Virus genome (UHGV): UHGV-0206691
Reading direction: 5' to 3' (one strand)
Origin: a virus
Length of the DNA stretch: 45,469 bases
Shown here: positions 27,144 through 35,928 of the stretch, piece after piece
How positions within the stretch are numbered: position 1 is the first letter of the stretch
Layout of the letters: each line of letters begins with the position of its first letter
Notes under the pieces: generated by a model
The model's input: only the letters and a program-made list of their open reading frames with translations
Told to the model about the DNA's origin: nothing
The model's database searches: none
Translations under genes and position numbers: made by a program

Positions 27144-28274
27144 ATGGCCCGGAAGAAAATAACCGACGAACAGTTGCAGGAAGAATTGAACGCCGGTATG
27201 AAGAATATCGACATCGCCCGTAAATACGGCATCTCGGACCGCGTTATTCGCATCCGTAAAGCGAAGCTGGCTAAGAAAGGCGTAGGCCACGGGCGCGACG
27301 TTAGCCACCTTGTACCAGATGGCTACAAGATTAAAGGTACATCGTCGCTGGTTGATGAGTTCGGCAACACTAAGCTGCAATGGGTTAAGACCGACACCGA
27401 TGCTGAACGTCAGGTCGAGTTGATGAAAGCCGTAATCGAAGGCATGAAGTCAGAGATTACACCAGTTGCGCCTGTTAAAGCGACTCGAGCCAAACGCGAC
27501 GATAAACTACTCAATCTTTACACGGTATCTGATTTTCATCTCGGTATGCTGGCATGGGCTGACGAGAGCGGCGACGACTGGGATATGAAAATCGCGGAAG
27601 ACATGTTCTCTCGATGGTTCGACGCGGCGTTTCAGAAAGCACCGGATGCAGGAACAGGAGTTATTAACCTGCTTGGCGACCTTGCACACTTCGATAGTCT
27701 GGATGCCGTTACACCCGCGAGCGGTCATATTCTTGACGCGGACACGCGCTACCAGAAACTGGTCCGCTACATGATTCGTATGGTTCGCCGTGTTGTCGAT
27801 ATGGCACTTGTTAAGCATAAGAATGTTCGCTTGCTTATCGTGCAAGGGAACCACGACGAAAGCGGAATGATTTGGTTAGCTGAGATGTTCAGTACACTAT
27901 ACGACAACGAGCCGCGCGTGTTAGTAGATACGTCGCCGGATGTTTACAAGATGGTGCAACACGGCAAAACGACGTTGTTCTTTACACACGGACATAAATG
28001 CCGGTTTGAGGTGGTAGAACCCATTATGATCGCTAAGTTCAGAAAAGCATTTGGCGAAAGCGAGTACAGTTATGCGCATGTCGGACATCTCCACCACCAA
28101 AAGATTGTAGAAAGTAGGAATATGGTAGTGGAGCAGCATCGCACTCTCGCGGCGAAAGATGCATATGCTTCTCGCGGCGGGTGGATGTCAGGTCGGAGTG
28201 CAAACGTAATTACTTATAGCGCCGAATATGGAGAGGTCGCACGTTTAACTATTTCACCGGAGATGTTGGGATGA
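27144..28274 (+). CDS. HTH-fused calcineurin-like metallophosphoesterase
   Basis: ORF track; N-terminal HTH (IDIARKYGISDRVIRIRKAKL); metallophosphoesterase motifs SDFHLG, GDLAHFD, GNHDE, THGHK, GHLHH in canonical order. Confidence 0.75.
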   Translation: MARKKITDEQLQEELNAGMKNIDIARKYGISDRVIRIRKAKLAKKGVGHGRDVSHLVPDGYKIKGTSSLVDEFGNTKLQWVKTDTDAERQVELMKAVIEGMKSEITPVAPVKATRAKRDDKLLNLYTVSDFHLGMLAWADESGDDWDMKIAEDMFSRWFDAAFQKAPDAGTGVINLLGDLAHFDSLDAVTPASGHILDADTRYQKLVRYMIRMVRRVVDMALVKHKNVRLLIVQGNHDESGMIWLAEMFSTLYDNEPRVLVDTSPDVYKMVQHGKTTLFFTHGHKCRFEVVEPIMIAKFRKAFGESEYSYAHVGHLHHQKIVESRNMVVEQHRTLAAKDAYASRGGWMSGRSANVITYSAEYGEVARLTISPEMLG

Positions 28275-28504
28275 TTAAAGCCCTGTGGATTTTCATCGTA
28301 ATGCCGCTTTTGATGCTGTTTGTGCTAGCGGCTGCGGTGCTGTTTCTAGCGGTAGCCTTGTTCTTTATTACTATGGACCCGTCCGTATTCTTTAGCTTGT
28401 ACAAAGAGGTTACACAAGCGGACCTGACAGGCATACGTCTTCTGTACGTAGTCGCCGTCGTAGTTTCTGCGGTTATCATTCTGGCAGAGGAAAGTGATTT
28501 ATGA
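28271..28504 (+). CDS. small membrane protein (77 aa)
   Basis: ORF track; ATGA overlap with upstream gene; hydrophobic segments. Confidence 0.5.
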   Translation: MIKALWIFIVMPLLMLFVLAAAVLFLAVALFFITMDPSVFFSLYKEVTQADLTGIRLLYVVAVVVSAVIILAEESDL

Positions 28505-28731
28505 CTTCAAAATACAACCGCACAATGACAAACACTCACGGTAGCACTATGACAGTAGATGTTTACGATGTGCTACGTGCCTTCGACATCCGTGACCCTG
28601 CGCTACAACATGCATTGAAGAAACTATTGTGCATGGGCTTGCGGGGGCACAAGGACACCGGAACAGACTTAGCGGAAGCAATTGAAAGCCTGGAGAAGTT
28701 ACGGGAGTATCGAAGTAACATTGATGAGTGA
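28501..28731 (+). CDS. hypothetical protein (76 aa)
   Basis: ORF track; ATGA overlap with upstream gene; terminator follows. Confidence 0.5.
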   Translation: MTSKYNRTMTNTHGSTMTVDVYDVLRAFDIRDPALQHALKKLLCMGLRGHKDTGTDLAEAIESLEKLREYRSNIDE

Positions 28732-28734
28732 TAA

Positions 28735-28762
28735 AAAGGCCCCGAAAGGGGCCTTAGTTTTA
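28735..28762. terminator. bidirectional hairpin terminator closing accessory cassette
   Basis: aaaaGGCCCCgaaaGGGGCCttagtttta. Confidence 0.6.
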
Positions 28763-29932
28763 TGCGTAGGTGATACGTTGAATTACGATAGACGACTGGT
28801 ACTGGTTTCCGGTTGCCTGGCCTTCAATGGACTGAGTGATTGACTCAGGTCCGCCAATCTCTGGCGTAACCGCCGTAAGCTCTGCACGTTTCAAACTGAA
28901 AGACATAGCCCCGTTTACCCCCGCCAGAATAGAGTTAATCTCTACCTGCTGCTCGTTGATAAACTTCTGAATCATAGCCATGTCGTACAGCTTACCAGAG
29001 ATAGAGAAGGTGTTAGCCGCACGGCTACGCTCAACAAACGCTACGTTAGTGTTACCAAGTTCGAACTGGGCGGACGCGCTGTTATCATTGGTGATGGTCA
29101 GGCTGTCGCAGCGCAACGGCGTAGAGCCGTCGAACACAGAAACGTCAACCGAAGAGAACGGCTCATCAGTGAAAGTCACCGTAGAGAAATCAGAACCAGA
29201 CGGCTGCGTGGCGAGAATCTCCTGACTGCGACCGATGAACGGGAAGCTGCCAGTTACCATAGCGTTAACGGCCTGCTCAATAGTGAAGCCAGAAACTTCC
29301 ACGCCTTTGGTCAGCGTGTACGCGTCAGCCCCACCACACTGGCCTTTGTACCACGTGAGAATAGAGAACGTCTTACACTGGCTACCGGTTTCCAGCTTAT
29401 CGCCAGTTTTAGCCGCAGTAGTGGCAGTCTCAGTGGTAAGAGTATGCTGGATACCCGCACCGGTGACAACAGTTGCGCTTACCTCAGTTACGATAAACGG
29501 CTTAGCGTTGTCGCCCGTTAAGTCGGTAAACGCAATCAGGTCGCCCACTTCAACGCCGTCGGTAATAAAGCTGCCATCGGCACGGGTGAACGTCTTGCCT
29601 GCGGGTGCAACGGTAATCGATAACCCTGACAGAGAAACCCCGGACTGCCACGTAGAGCCTAAAGCACCCGCCAGCCAGTCGTCCTGGCTTTTCGAGCTAA
29701 GCTCAATAGCATATTCACCGCTAACCTGTTTGTTACCGGTGCGGATGGATGTAGTTTCACGGCTGCCATCCAGTTCGTTGGAGGTCAGTGTGTCGCGGGT
29801 AATGGCAGGAACGCCACCCGTGTTGCGCAACGGCGACCATACCGGGTTATCGGGTGTTACGCCCGGGGTCACTTCCGCCACATAGAATTGCGCGGTATTC
29901 GCGCCCTTAAAAGGAGTTGTAGCCATATTCAC
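28760..29932 (-). CDS. major tail protein
   Basis: ORF track; 390 aa, position between tail terminator-like gene and chaperones. Confidence 0.6.
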   Translation of the reverse strand: MNMATTPFKGANTAQFYVAEVTPGVTPDNPVWSPLRNTGGVPAITRDTLTSNELDGSRETTSIRTGNKQVSGEYAIELSSKSQDDWLAGALGSTWQSGVSLSGLSITVAPAGKTFTRADGSFITDGVEVGDLIAFTDLTGDNAKPFIVTEVSATVVTGAGIQHTLTTETATTAAKTGDKLETGSQCKTFSILTWYKGQCGGADAYTLTKGVEVSGFTIEQAVNAMVTGSFPFIGRSQEILATQPSGSDFSTVTFTDEPFSSVDVSVFDGSTPLRCDSLTITNDNSASAQFELGNTNVAFVERSRAANTFSISGKLYDMAMIQKFINEQQVEINSILAGVNGAMSFSLKRAELTAVTPEIGGPESITQSIEGQATGNQYQSSIVIQRITYA

Positions 29933-30342
29933 AGCCTCTTGGTGAATGCGATAAAGTTAATTGACAATGGTCGTTTGGCCCATCCGTTTTCTACAATCAG
30001 CGGCCCCAGGCTAACCGATTGAACCTTGGCGCAGATGTCGTTACGTGAAAATGACTTACCTGCTTTAAACGCCGTGTTAAGTAAGTCTGCCATTTTATTG
30101 ATTGGCGCGCTACCTTTCACCGATGCGTAGTTAATGTCTACCTGATAAATACCTGAGCGTTGTTCCGTGAAGAACAAATCCGCCTGTTCCGTATCCGCCA
30201 ACAACATGTAACTCGCCAGGTACGGCGTATCGGTTGACGTCGGCGCGTCGATGTTTTCAAGCGCGACTTTGATGCCGTTGGCGGATCCGAAGGCTACCAG
30301 CGGCACGTCGAACGCTTTTGTTAAGTCCTCAAAGTAGCCCAT
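29929..30342 (-). CDS. tail terminator-like protein
   Basis: ORF track; position immediately upstream of major tail gene. Confidence 0.4.
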   Translation of the reverse strand: MGYFEDLTKAFDVPLVAFGSANGIKVALENIDAPTSTDTPYLASYMLLADTEQADLFFTEQRSGIYQVDINYASVKGSAPINKMADLLNTAFKAGKSFSRNDICAKVQSVSLGPLIVENGWAKRPLSINFIAFTKRL

Positions 30343-30737
30343 TATTTCACCTTGTTGGCTTCTTCGTTAATGATTTGCTGGAAGCGTGACACATTAGTCC
30401 TGACAACCCCGGCGGGGGCCTGTTGTGACCAACCATACTCCAGCCGTTGCGCATACGGCAGGTTGTTTGTCAGCGTGAACTCGTGCCAATCCACGGATTT
30501 CAGCACGAAACTCGTAGCGTTTCCGGTTGCTATGTTTCCTGATTTATCCGTAGCGTCTGTAATCCCGGAAGCAGGAGTACCGCCAGATGCCATCCAGTTC
30601 ATACGAAAGCGACCCGTATCTACCGGACTCGCCTTTATGATAGCGGAAAACAGCTTGATAGACACCTGACGCATCACCTTCTCGGGATTCTTCTTCGCCT
30701 TTTCCACAAACTTAGAGACATCAAGAGCGAAACTCAT
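30342..30737 (-). CDS. HK97 gp10-like tail completion protein
   Basis: ORF track; SPVDTGRFRMNW ... NNLPYAQRLEYGWSQQAP pattern. Confidence 0.55.
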   Translation of the reverse strand: MSFALDVSKFVEKAKKNPEKVMRQVSIKLFSAIIKASPVDTGRFRMNWMASGGTPASGITDATDKSGNIATGNATSFVLKSVDWHEFTLTNNLPYAQRLEYGWSQQAPAGVVRTNVSRFQQIINEEANKVK

Positions 30738-31093
30738 TTTCTCACCTGGATAAAGTATGCCACGACATCATCGTTAACCATCTTCTTCTCAATGGATACG
30801 ACGGACCATTGCTCGCCGCCGAATTGCACCTTGTCTTCCATCTTCGGAACGACACTGCAATCGGCTTTAACAATCATATCCCCCGCCCGAATCGTCGTGC
30901 CGTTCACCAGCCCCGCGTTTACCGGAACCGGAACGGCCTTCAACGGCAACACTTCATCGTCGGACCAGACGTACTCGCCGAGAACTTCATCCCACACTTT
31001 CGAGCCAGCACGAACCAGAGATACCGTGCTACCGAATTTGGTTAGCAGGCGTGTACCAACGCCTTGCATACGTTTACTAAAGGCGGTACTCAT
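30734..31093 (-). CDS. head closure-like protein
   Basis: ORF track 30734..31147 trimmed to internal ATG (MSTAFSKRMQG); position. Confidence 0.4.
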   Translation of the reverse strand: MSTAFSKRMQGVGTRLLTKFGSTVSLVRAGSKVWDEVLGEYVWSDDEVLPLKAVPVPVNAGLVNGTTIRAGDMIVKADCSVVPKMEDKVQFGGEQWSVVSIEKKMVNDDVVAYFIQVRK

Positions 31094-31707
31094 CAGGCGG
31101 CCTCCAGTCTCGAAATAACCAGTAGTGCTGACGGTGCGGTACCCCATGCGGTTACGGTAGCCGCTTGGGGGTATACGCCACCGAAGTTACTCCCGGCGCT
31201 ATCTCGCATAATCTGAACGGCAAACGTCTGGCCTGCGGTAGGGTTAATAACTACGCGAGACTCAATAGGGATGGTTACGTCGGCGCTGACTAGTTTTGTA
31301 GAGGCAGGCGAACCGTACTGAGCGCCGTTAAGAAGAATGCGAGATAGCAGGATAGAGGTTCCGCTAGCGCCTGTACGCCCTGCCTGTAACTTGATTCGAA
31401 CGGCATAGTTACCCGCGGTGTTGAACGTAACCAGCCCCGCGGCATTAATCATTACCGGGTCAGATGCGCTACCCTGAGCGGAGCCAAAAGTTAACTGTAA
31501 CGCCGTATCTACTGCGGTAGGCGCTTGGGTTACAGTAGACGCGGCGCGAAGAACTTCAACCTCTTTAACGCCCGGAGTGGCGTAAATAGGTGAGTCTGCC
31601 ATCTGTGTCATTACCTCGCGCAACGCTGCTGGGGTAATAAGTCCGGTGGTGTTATCGGGGAGGTTCGCACCGATAAGGGTAAACATCTCTGTTTTAGTCT
31701 TCGCCAT
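31093..31707 (-). CDS. hypothetical structural protein (204 aa)
   Basis: ORF track; within connector cluster. Confidence 0.45.
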   Translation of the reverse strand: MAKTKTEMFTLIGANLPDNTTGLITPAALREVMTQMADSPIYATPGVKEVEVLRAASTVTQAPTAVDTALQLTFGSAQGSASDPVMINAAGLVTFNTAGNYAVRIKLQAGRTGASGTSILLSRILLNGAQYGSPASTKLVSADVTIPIESRVVINPTAGQTFAVQIMRDSAGSNFGGVYPQAATVTAWGTAPSALLVISRLEAA

Positions 31708-31709
31708 TT

Positions 31710-32222
31710 TTAACCCCGGTACACGTTAAACGAGAAGCCATTGTTAAGACCGCCACACAGTAACGGGCGTAAGGCGTCGTCCGCAGCGGTAATCGCGGTT
31801 GTAGCACCACTGTTGCCGTTGTTGAAGTATGTCACTGTTACTGCGCCCTCAACACGCTCAGTCTGCACGGAACGCCCGTCAGAGTTGGCCCGCACTTCCG
31901 TGCCTGCGCCATATGTGGCGGAGGCGATTACCTGCGCAAGAATCACCTGTTTTGGGATAACGTTGTTAGCTATCGGGAACCCATTCAACGTTACACCAGT
32001 GCGAGGGTACGCCAGAGACTGTTCAGCGGATACGCGACGGCCGCACATCTGCGGCTCTGCCAGTCCGACATAAGTAGCACCATTGCGCAAGGCAACCTCT
32101 GCGGCGGTATCATCCACGGGCAACTCCAGCCCATAATTAGCCGCTAACGCGCGGGCGTCAGCCAGACTAATGTAACTGTCAGCGCCGGGTACTATTGACC
32201 CATCTTCCACGATTAGCGGCAT
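31710..32222 (-). CDS. head-tail adaptor-like protein
   Basis: ORF track; N-terminus MPLIVEDGSIVPGADSYISLADARALA typical of gp6-like adaptors. Confidence 0.5.
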   Translation of the reverse strand: MPLIVEDGSIVPGADSYISLADARALAANYGLELPVDDTAAEVALRNGATYVGLAEPQMCGRRVSAEQSLAYPRTGVTLNGFPIANNVIPKQVILAQVIASATYGAGTEVRANSDGRSVQTERVEGAVTVTYFNNGNSGATTAITAADDALRPLLCGGLNNGFSFNVYRG

Positions 32223-32225
32223 AAA

Positions 32226-32405
32226 CTATTCCTCTGACTTACGGCGATGACGCTTAGTACCACCGCCGTTGTTGTGCGCTTCTTCGTTGTCCGGTTGAGT
32301 CGCAACCAGTTCATCCGCTTCTACCACACCGCGAACAGGCATTACCTGACCGTCAACAATATCAACGTGGGTGTACTTTTCGCGGATTACGTAATTATCT
32401 ACCAT
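32226..32405 (-). CDS. small hypothetical protein (59 aa)
   Basis: own reading MVDNYVIREKYTHVDIVDGQVMPVRGVVEADELVATQPDNEEAHNNGGGTKRHRRKSEE. Confidence 0.3.
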   Translation of the reverse strand: MVDNYVIREKYTHVDIVDGQVMPVRGVVEADELVATQPDNEEAHNNGGGTKRHRRKSEE

Positions 32406-32790
32406 GATTGGCCTCGCTGTTTTTCTCCAGCAACTTCTGCTTCAGCAAGTAACCTTCAAGCATCCAAATTTTGTTTACAGCATTCTGGCGAGCAATCTTG
32501 CGCCCGATTTCTTCATCGAAGTTCTCTGGGCTGGCGCAGGCGCTTTCCCCGGTGACTGTAAAGCCATTCTTCAGCACCAGTACGCAGAATGTCAGCAGCT
32601 CCAGCTCGTCAGGCTGGTCTGGGATTTTTACGCTGTATGTTTCGCTTCTCTGCACATGAGCAAAGCGAGCACCATCAGCGGCCGTAAAGTAATGTTCGCT
32701 GGCGATTATGCTGGCAATGTGTTCAGGAGTAACGCGAGCCGCCGTCTTACCCTTGGCTGCGATTTCTTTTTCGATTTGCTGGTCGTTCAT
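32395..32790 (-). CDS. hypothetical protein (131 aa)
   Basis: ORF track; co-directional in head module. Confidence 0.45.
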   Translation of the reverse strand: MNDQQIEKEIAAKGKTAARVTPEHIASIIASEHYFTAADGARFAHVQRSETYSVKIPDQPDELELLTFCVLVLKNGFTVTGESACASPENFDEEIGRKIARQNAVNKIWMLEGYLLKQKLLEKNSEANHGR

Positions 32791-32832
32791 AATTATTACC
32801 TTTCCTTATTACGGCCCCGAAGGGCCGTTGTA

Positions 32833-33180
32833 TTAAGACACAGTTGCTACAGTGCTACTGGAGATAATATTACCATACACATCGTGAACAACCACTTTAT
32901 ACGTACCAGAATCGGCGGTAGTGGTTGACGCTTTAGAGTAGGTAGCTGCGGTAGCCCCGGCGATAGCGTTGTTATCTTTGTACCACTGGTAAGAATACGG
33001 CTCCAGACCGCCGGTAACAACTACGGTCAGTGTCATAGTCTGCCCGGCTGTAACTGCTGTAGTAGCATTCAGTGCGGTAGAAAAAGACGCTGGAGAGATG
33101 TTTGCCATGTCGATTTCAACCTGACCGTCAGAGTCTTCATCAGAAACACCAGTAATACGACGTTTGATTACATCAACCAT
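32833..33180 (-). CDS. Ig-like domain protein (possible head decoration)
   Basis: ORF track; YQWYKDNNAIAGATAATYSK...GTYKVVVHD I-set-like pattern. Confidence 0.5.
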   Translation of the reverse strand: MVDVIKRRITGVSDEDSDGQVEIDMANISPASFSTALNATTAVTAGQTMTLTVVVTGGLEPYSYQWYKDNNAIAGATAATYSKASTTTADSGTYKVVVHDVYGNIISSSTVATVS

Positions 33181-33192
33181 TTTTAAGCTCCT

Positions 33193-33492
33193 TTAGCTTA
33201 CGGTTCCTGCGTTTTTAAGCGCAGTCAACAGATTTGCTACGGTAGTGCGCAGCGCGGTAACATCAGTTAGAAGTTTGTTGTACTCGGCTACAAGCGCATC
33301 GAACTCGGCTTTAGTCGGATCCGCAGCGGACTGCGCCCCAGCGGCGGCGGTAATGGCCGCAGGTGCAGCCACAGTAGCTGACTTTTTAACCCCTCCAACT
33401 ACGCTGGTAGTAGCAGGCGTGACTGGGATATCAAAGTCGCCGAAATCGACATTCTGAAGGCTGCGCGGCAAGCCTTTTCCGGTCTTGGCCAT
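33193..33492 (-). CDS. hypothetical Ala-rich protein (99 aa)
   Basis: ORF track; directly downstream of capsid gene. Confidence 0.4.
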   Translation of the reverse strand: MAKTGKGLPRSLQNVDFGDFDIPVTPATTSVVGGVKKSATVAAPAAITAAAGAQSAADPTKAEFDALVAEYNKLLTDVTALRTTVANLLTALKNAGTVS

Positions 33493-33551
33493 AATTTACC
33501 TCTTAGTAAATGAAAAGAGGGACCGAAGTCCCTCTCGATTATAGCTTAACC

Positions 33552-34601
33552 TTAAGCCCCTACACCAGTTACCAGGAAGGCAATCGGTACGTGCTTACGC
33601 TCAACAACGCGGTTCCAGTTGGAGGCGTTCGCCAGGTCCTGCCATGAAGCAGAGCGGGCGATAGTCTCAGTGCCGTTGCCAGTGATTACTGCACTGGTGA
33701 AGCTGTAGCCCAGTGGGTGCAGCAACCAGGTCTTACGGGTCCACAGGGTTTCAACACCACCGCCGTTAGCGCGAGACGCTTCACGTTCGTATTCCAGCGG
33801 GTTGGACGGGCTGCCTTCACCATAACCGATAGCGCCGTTGCCGAAGATGATGGAGATGAACTTACGGCTCGGGCCAGTACCGACTACGGTCATGCTGTCG
33901 TCAACAATCACGCGGTAGCCCTGGTAGGTGGCGAACATGGTGTTGTTGTCAGCGTCTTTGATGAAGTCGATAAGCTGCTGCTTACGTGCCTGCGCATATA
34001 CGAAGCTATGCATCGCGATAGCGCCCAGCACTTCACCACCGTTGCCCATCAGCGCATCACCCATAGTCTGGGTAGCGTCGATGAACGCGCCTGCATCGAA
34101 GCCCAGAGTAGCGGACACGTCTACAACCATGTCATTCTGCTCGTGGTAAGCGTCGGTAGCGGCTACGTTGTCGTTATACAGACCGAGGGCGGTTGCAATC
34201 AGACGGCGTTGTGCCTGGCGCTGCCAGAAGTTATCAAGACGAGACGCTACGGATTGCAGCGGGTTCTGACTGGTCAGTTCTACCGTCAGGTCAGCTTGGC
34301 CGAAACCTTCGTTCAGATACGCAACGCGCGCCATCATCTCGCCAGTCTGGACATTACGCGGGGTCGCGATGTCCTGGTATACGTCATTCGAGTAGTTAGG
34401 CTCGATAGAGGTATCAATCGCTTTCCAGAACGGAATATTAGCGACGTTGGACGGGCCGCGGGCAATCTCGGCAGCGTATGGAGTCGGGGTCAGAATACCG
34501 GACTGGAAGAACGCGGTTTTTTCTACCGGGTCCTCTGTCATGTAAGACGCCAGGACCGGGATGTTGCCAGTTACGATATCGCCGATAGTGGTAATTGCCA
34601 T
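33552..34601 (-). CDS. major capsid protein
   Basis: ORF track; 349 aa, directly downstream of scaffold gene. Confidence 0.75.
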   Translation of the reverse strand: MAITTIGDIVTGNIPVLASYMTEDPVEKTAFFQSGILTPTPYAAEIARGPSNVANIPFWKAIDTSIEPNYSNDVYQDIATPRNVQTGEMMARVAYLNEGFGQADLTVELTSQNPLQSVASRLDNFWQRQAQRRLIATALGLYNDNVAATDAYHEQNDMVVDVSATLGFDAGAFIDATQTMGDALMGNGGEVLGAIAMHSFVYAQARKQQLIDFIKDADNNTMFATYQGYRVIVDDSMTVVGTGPSRKFISIIFGNGAIGYGEGSPSNPLEYEREASRANGGGVETLWTRKTWLLHPLGYSFTSAVITGNGTETIARSASWQDLANASNWNRVVERKHVPIAFLVTGVGA

Positions 34602-34603
34602 TA

Positions 34604-35305
34604 TTATTTCCTCAGGGCTTTAAGTTGCCGTTCAAATTCGGCAGGGTTCGATTTATACAGGGCTAGACGCTCTGCTTCACTCATGTCTTTAAACGCTGGT
34701 GCGGCCCCGCCGCCTTTGCTACCGGAAGCCCCGCCGCCGGAAGCTGCATTTGCTTTAATCAAATGCGAAAATGCTTTGTGTTCACGCAGGTATTTGCGGA
34801 ACTGTTCCGGGTCAGTCGTGATTACATTGCCATCTGCGCCAACAAACTTAGTAACCACATCATCGCCTTCGAACTCAGTCTTAACGAACGGAGCCAGAAT
34901 GTCCACTGCTTCCGGGGTAATAAAGTCACCCGCGAAAGAGCCTAACACCGCTTTACGCTCGCTGCCGAGGATGCGCTCTGCCATTTTGGAGATGCGACCA
35001 TCTTTCTCGGCTAACACCGGGTCATACTGGCTACGAATCGTTTTTTCGAACTCGTCCATCTTACCAGCGGCTTTTAATGCCTCCTGGTGCGCGCGCTGCC
35101 GTTCTTCTTCTGCCTCTTTTGCTTTACGGGCGGCTTCTTTCTTCTCCGCCAGCAATACTTCCTGATTGGCCTTAAGCCCGGCAACTTCTTTCTCAATCAG
35201 CGCCTGAACTTCTTCAGCGGTGAACATTTTTGGCGCGTCACCGCCACCGGATTTATCTTCTGCCCCAGCTTCTTCCTGGAACGGATAACGTAAAAAACGA
35301 TTCAT
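34604..35305 (-). CDS. scaffolding protein
   Basis: ORF track 34604..35359 trimmed to ATG (MNRFLRYPF) after AGGGGACA; charged coiled-coil; precedes capsid gene. Confidence 0.6.
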   Translation of the reverse strand: MNRFLRYPFQEEAGAEDKSGGGDAPKMFTAEEVQALIEKEVAGLKANQEVLLAEKKEAARKAKEAEEERQRAHQEALKAAGKMDEFEKTIRSQYDPVLAEKDGRISKMAERILGSERKAVLGSFAGDFITPEAVDILAPFVKTEFEGDDVVTKFVGADGNVITTDPEQFRKYLREHKAFSHLIKANAASGGGASGSKGGGAAPAFKDMSEAERLALYKSNPAEFERQLKALRK

Positions 35306-35387
35306 AGTCAGTATGTCCCCTGGACGTTGGAATCCGGGCCACCCGGATTTACATGTCAAGAATAAATTATTCCAACATGCAAGGCAA

Positions 35388-35651
35388 CTATTCCAGAATA
35401 TTCCTCACGTAATCCTGCAACATAAACACTTTTAGTCTTAGTTGCCGTACACATTCTGCGTTCTGAACGTCGACAGCTAAGTCCTCGTCCGCGTCACTGC
35501 TTGGCATTGCCAGTTTGCACGGCGGCTGCATCATCGTCGTATCCGGGGATGGAATTGGCGTTGGCAACGGCGCGGGACTTGAGCAGGACGCGAGCATCAT
35601 CGAAAGTGCACACGCTGCGACCAGGCGTTTTAATGTACTTAACGACTTCAC
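35388..35651 (-). CDS. Rz1: o-spanin (Rz1-like outer-membrane lipoprotein)
   Basis: ORF track; signal peptide plus lipobox LASC then Pro-rich SSPAPLPTPIPSPD; starts inside Rz in a different frame. Confidence 0.7.
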   Translation of the reverse strand: MKSLSTLKRLVAACALSMMLASCSSPAPLPTPIPSPDTTMMQPPCKLAMPSSDADEDLAVDVQNAECVRQLRLKVFMLQDYVRNILE

Positions 35652-35883
35652 GGGTAATTACCTCCGATTTCGTCTTGCCTTCGTTGTCAGCGGCTGCGGC
35701 CTTTGATTCGTCCTGCTGCTGCCGTTGTGTTTTCTTCGCTAACTCAGCCTGTGCTTTCTGCTGTTGCTGCGAAACGAGATTCGCCCGGCCTTCGTTCCAG
35801 CCGCTGCGGTATTGAAAGTAGCCGTGTGCGTATAACAGGATGATGAAACATGCTCCCGCTACGACAGTTGCTTTAAGATTCAT
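35494..35883 (-). CDS. Rz: i-spanin (Rz-like)
   Basis: ORF track; N-terminal TM (VVAGACFIILLYAHGYF) then Gln/Ala-rich coiled-coil; GAGAAAGGAGAAAC RBS. Confidence 0.75.
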   Translation of the reverse strand: MNLKATVVAGACFIILLYAHGYFQYRSGWNEGRANLVSQQQQKAQAELAKKTQRQQQDESKAAAADNEGKTKSEVITREVVKYIKTPGRSVCTFDDARVLLKSRAVANANSIPGYDDDAAAVQTGNAKQ

Positions 35884-35906
35884 GTTTCTCCTTTCTCGAT
35901 AAGTAA

Positions 35907-35928
35907 AGCCCCGCCATAAAGCGGGGCG
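35907..35928 (-). terminator. hairpin in leader upstream of spanin genes
   Basis: AGCCCCGCcataaaGCGGGGCG; T-rich tract follows on minus strand. Confidence 0.4.

Noticed and set aside
33717-35165. 482-aa plus-strand ORF antisense to capsid and scaffold genes
   Set aside because: Antisense shadow of two well-supported structural genes; Ala/Ser/Arg-rich composition; no RBS.
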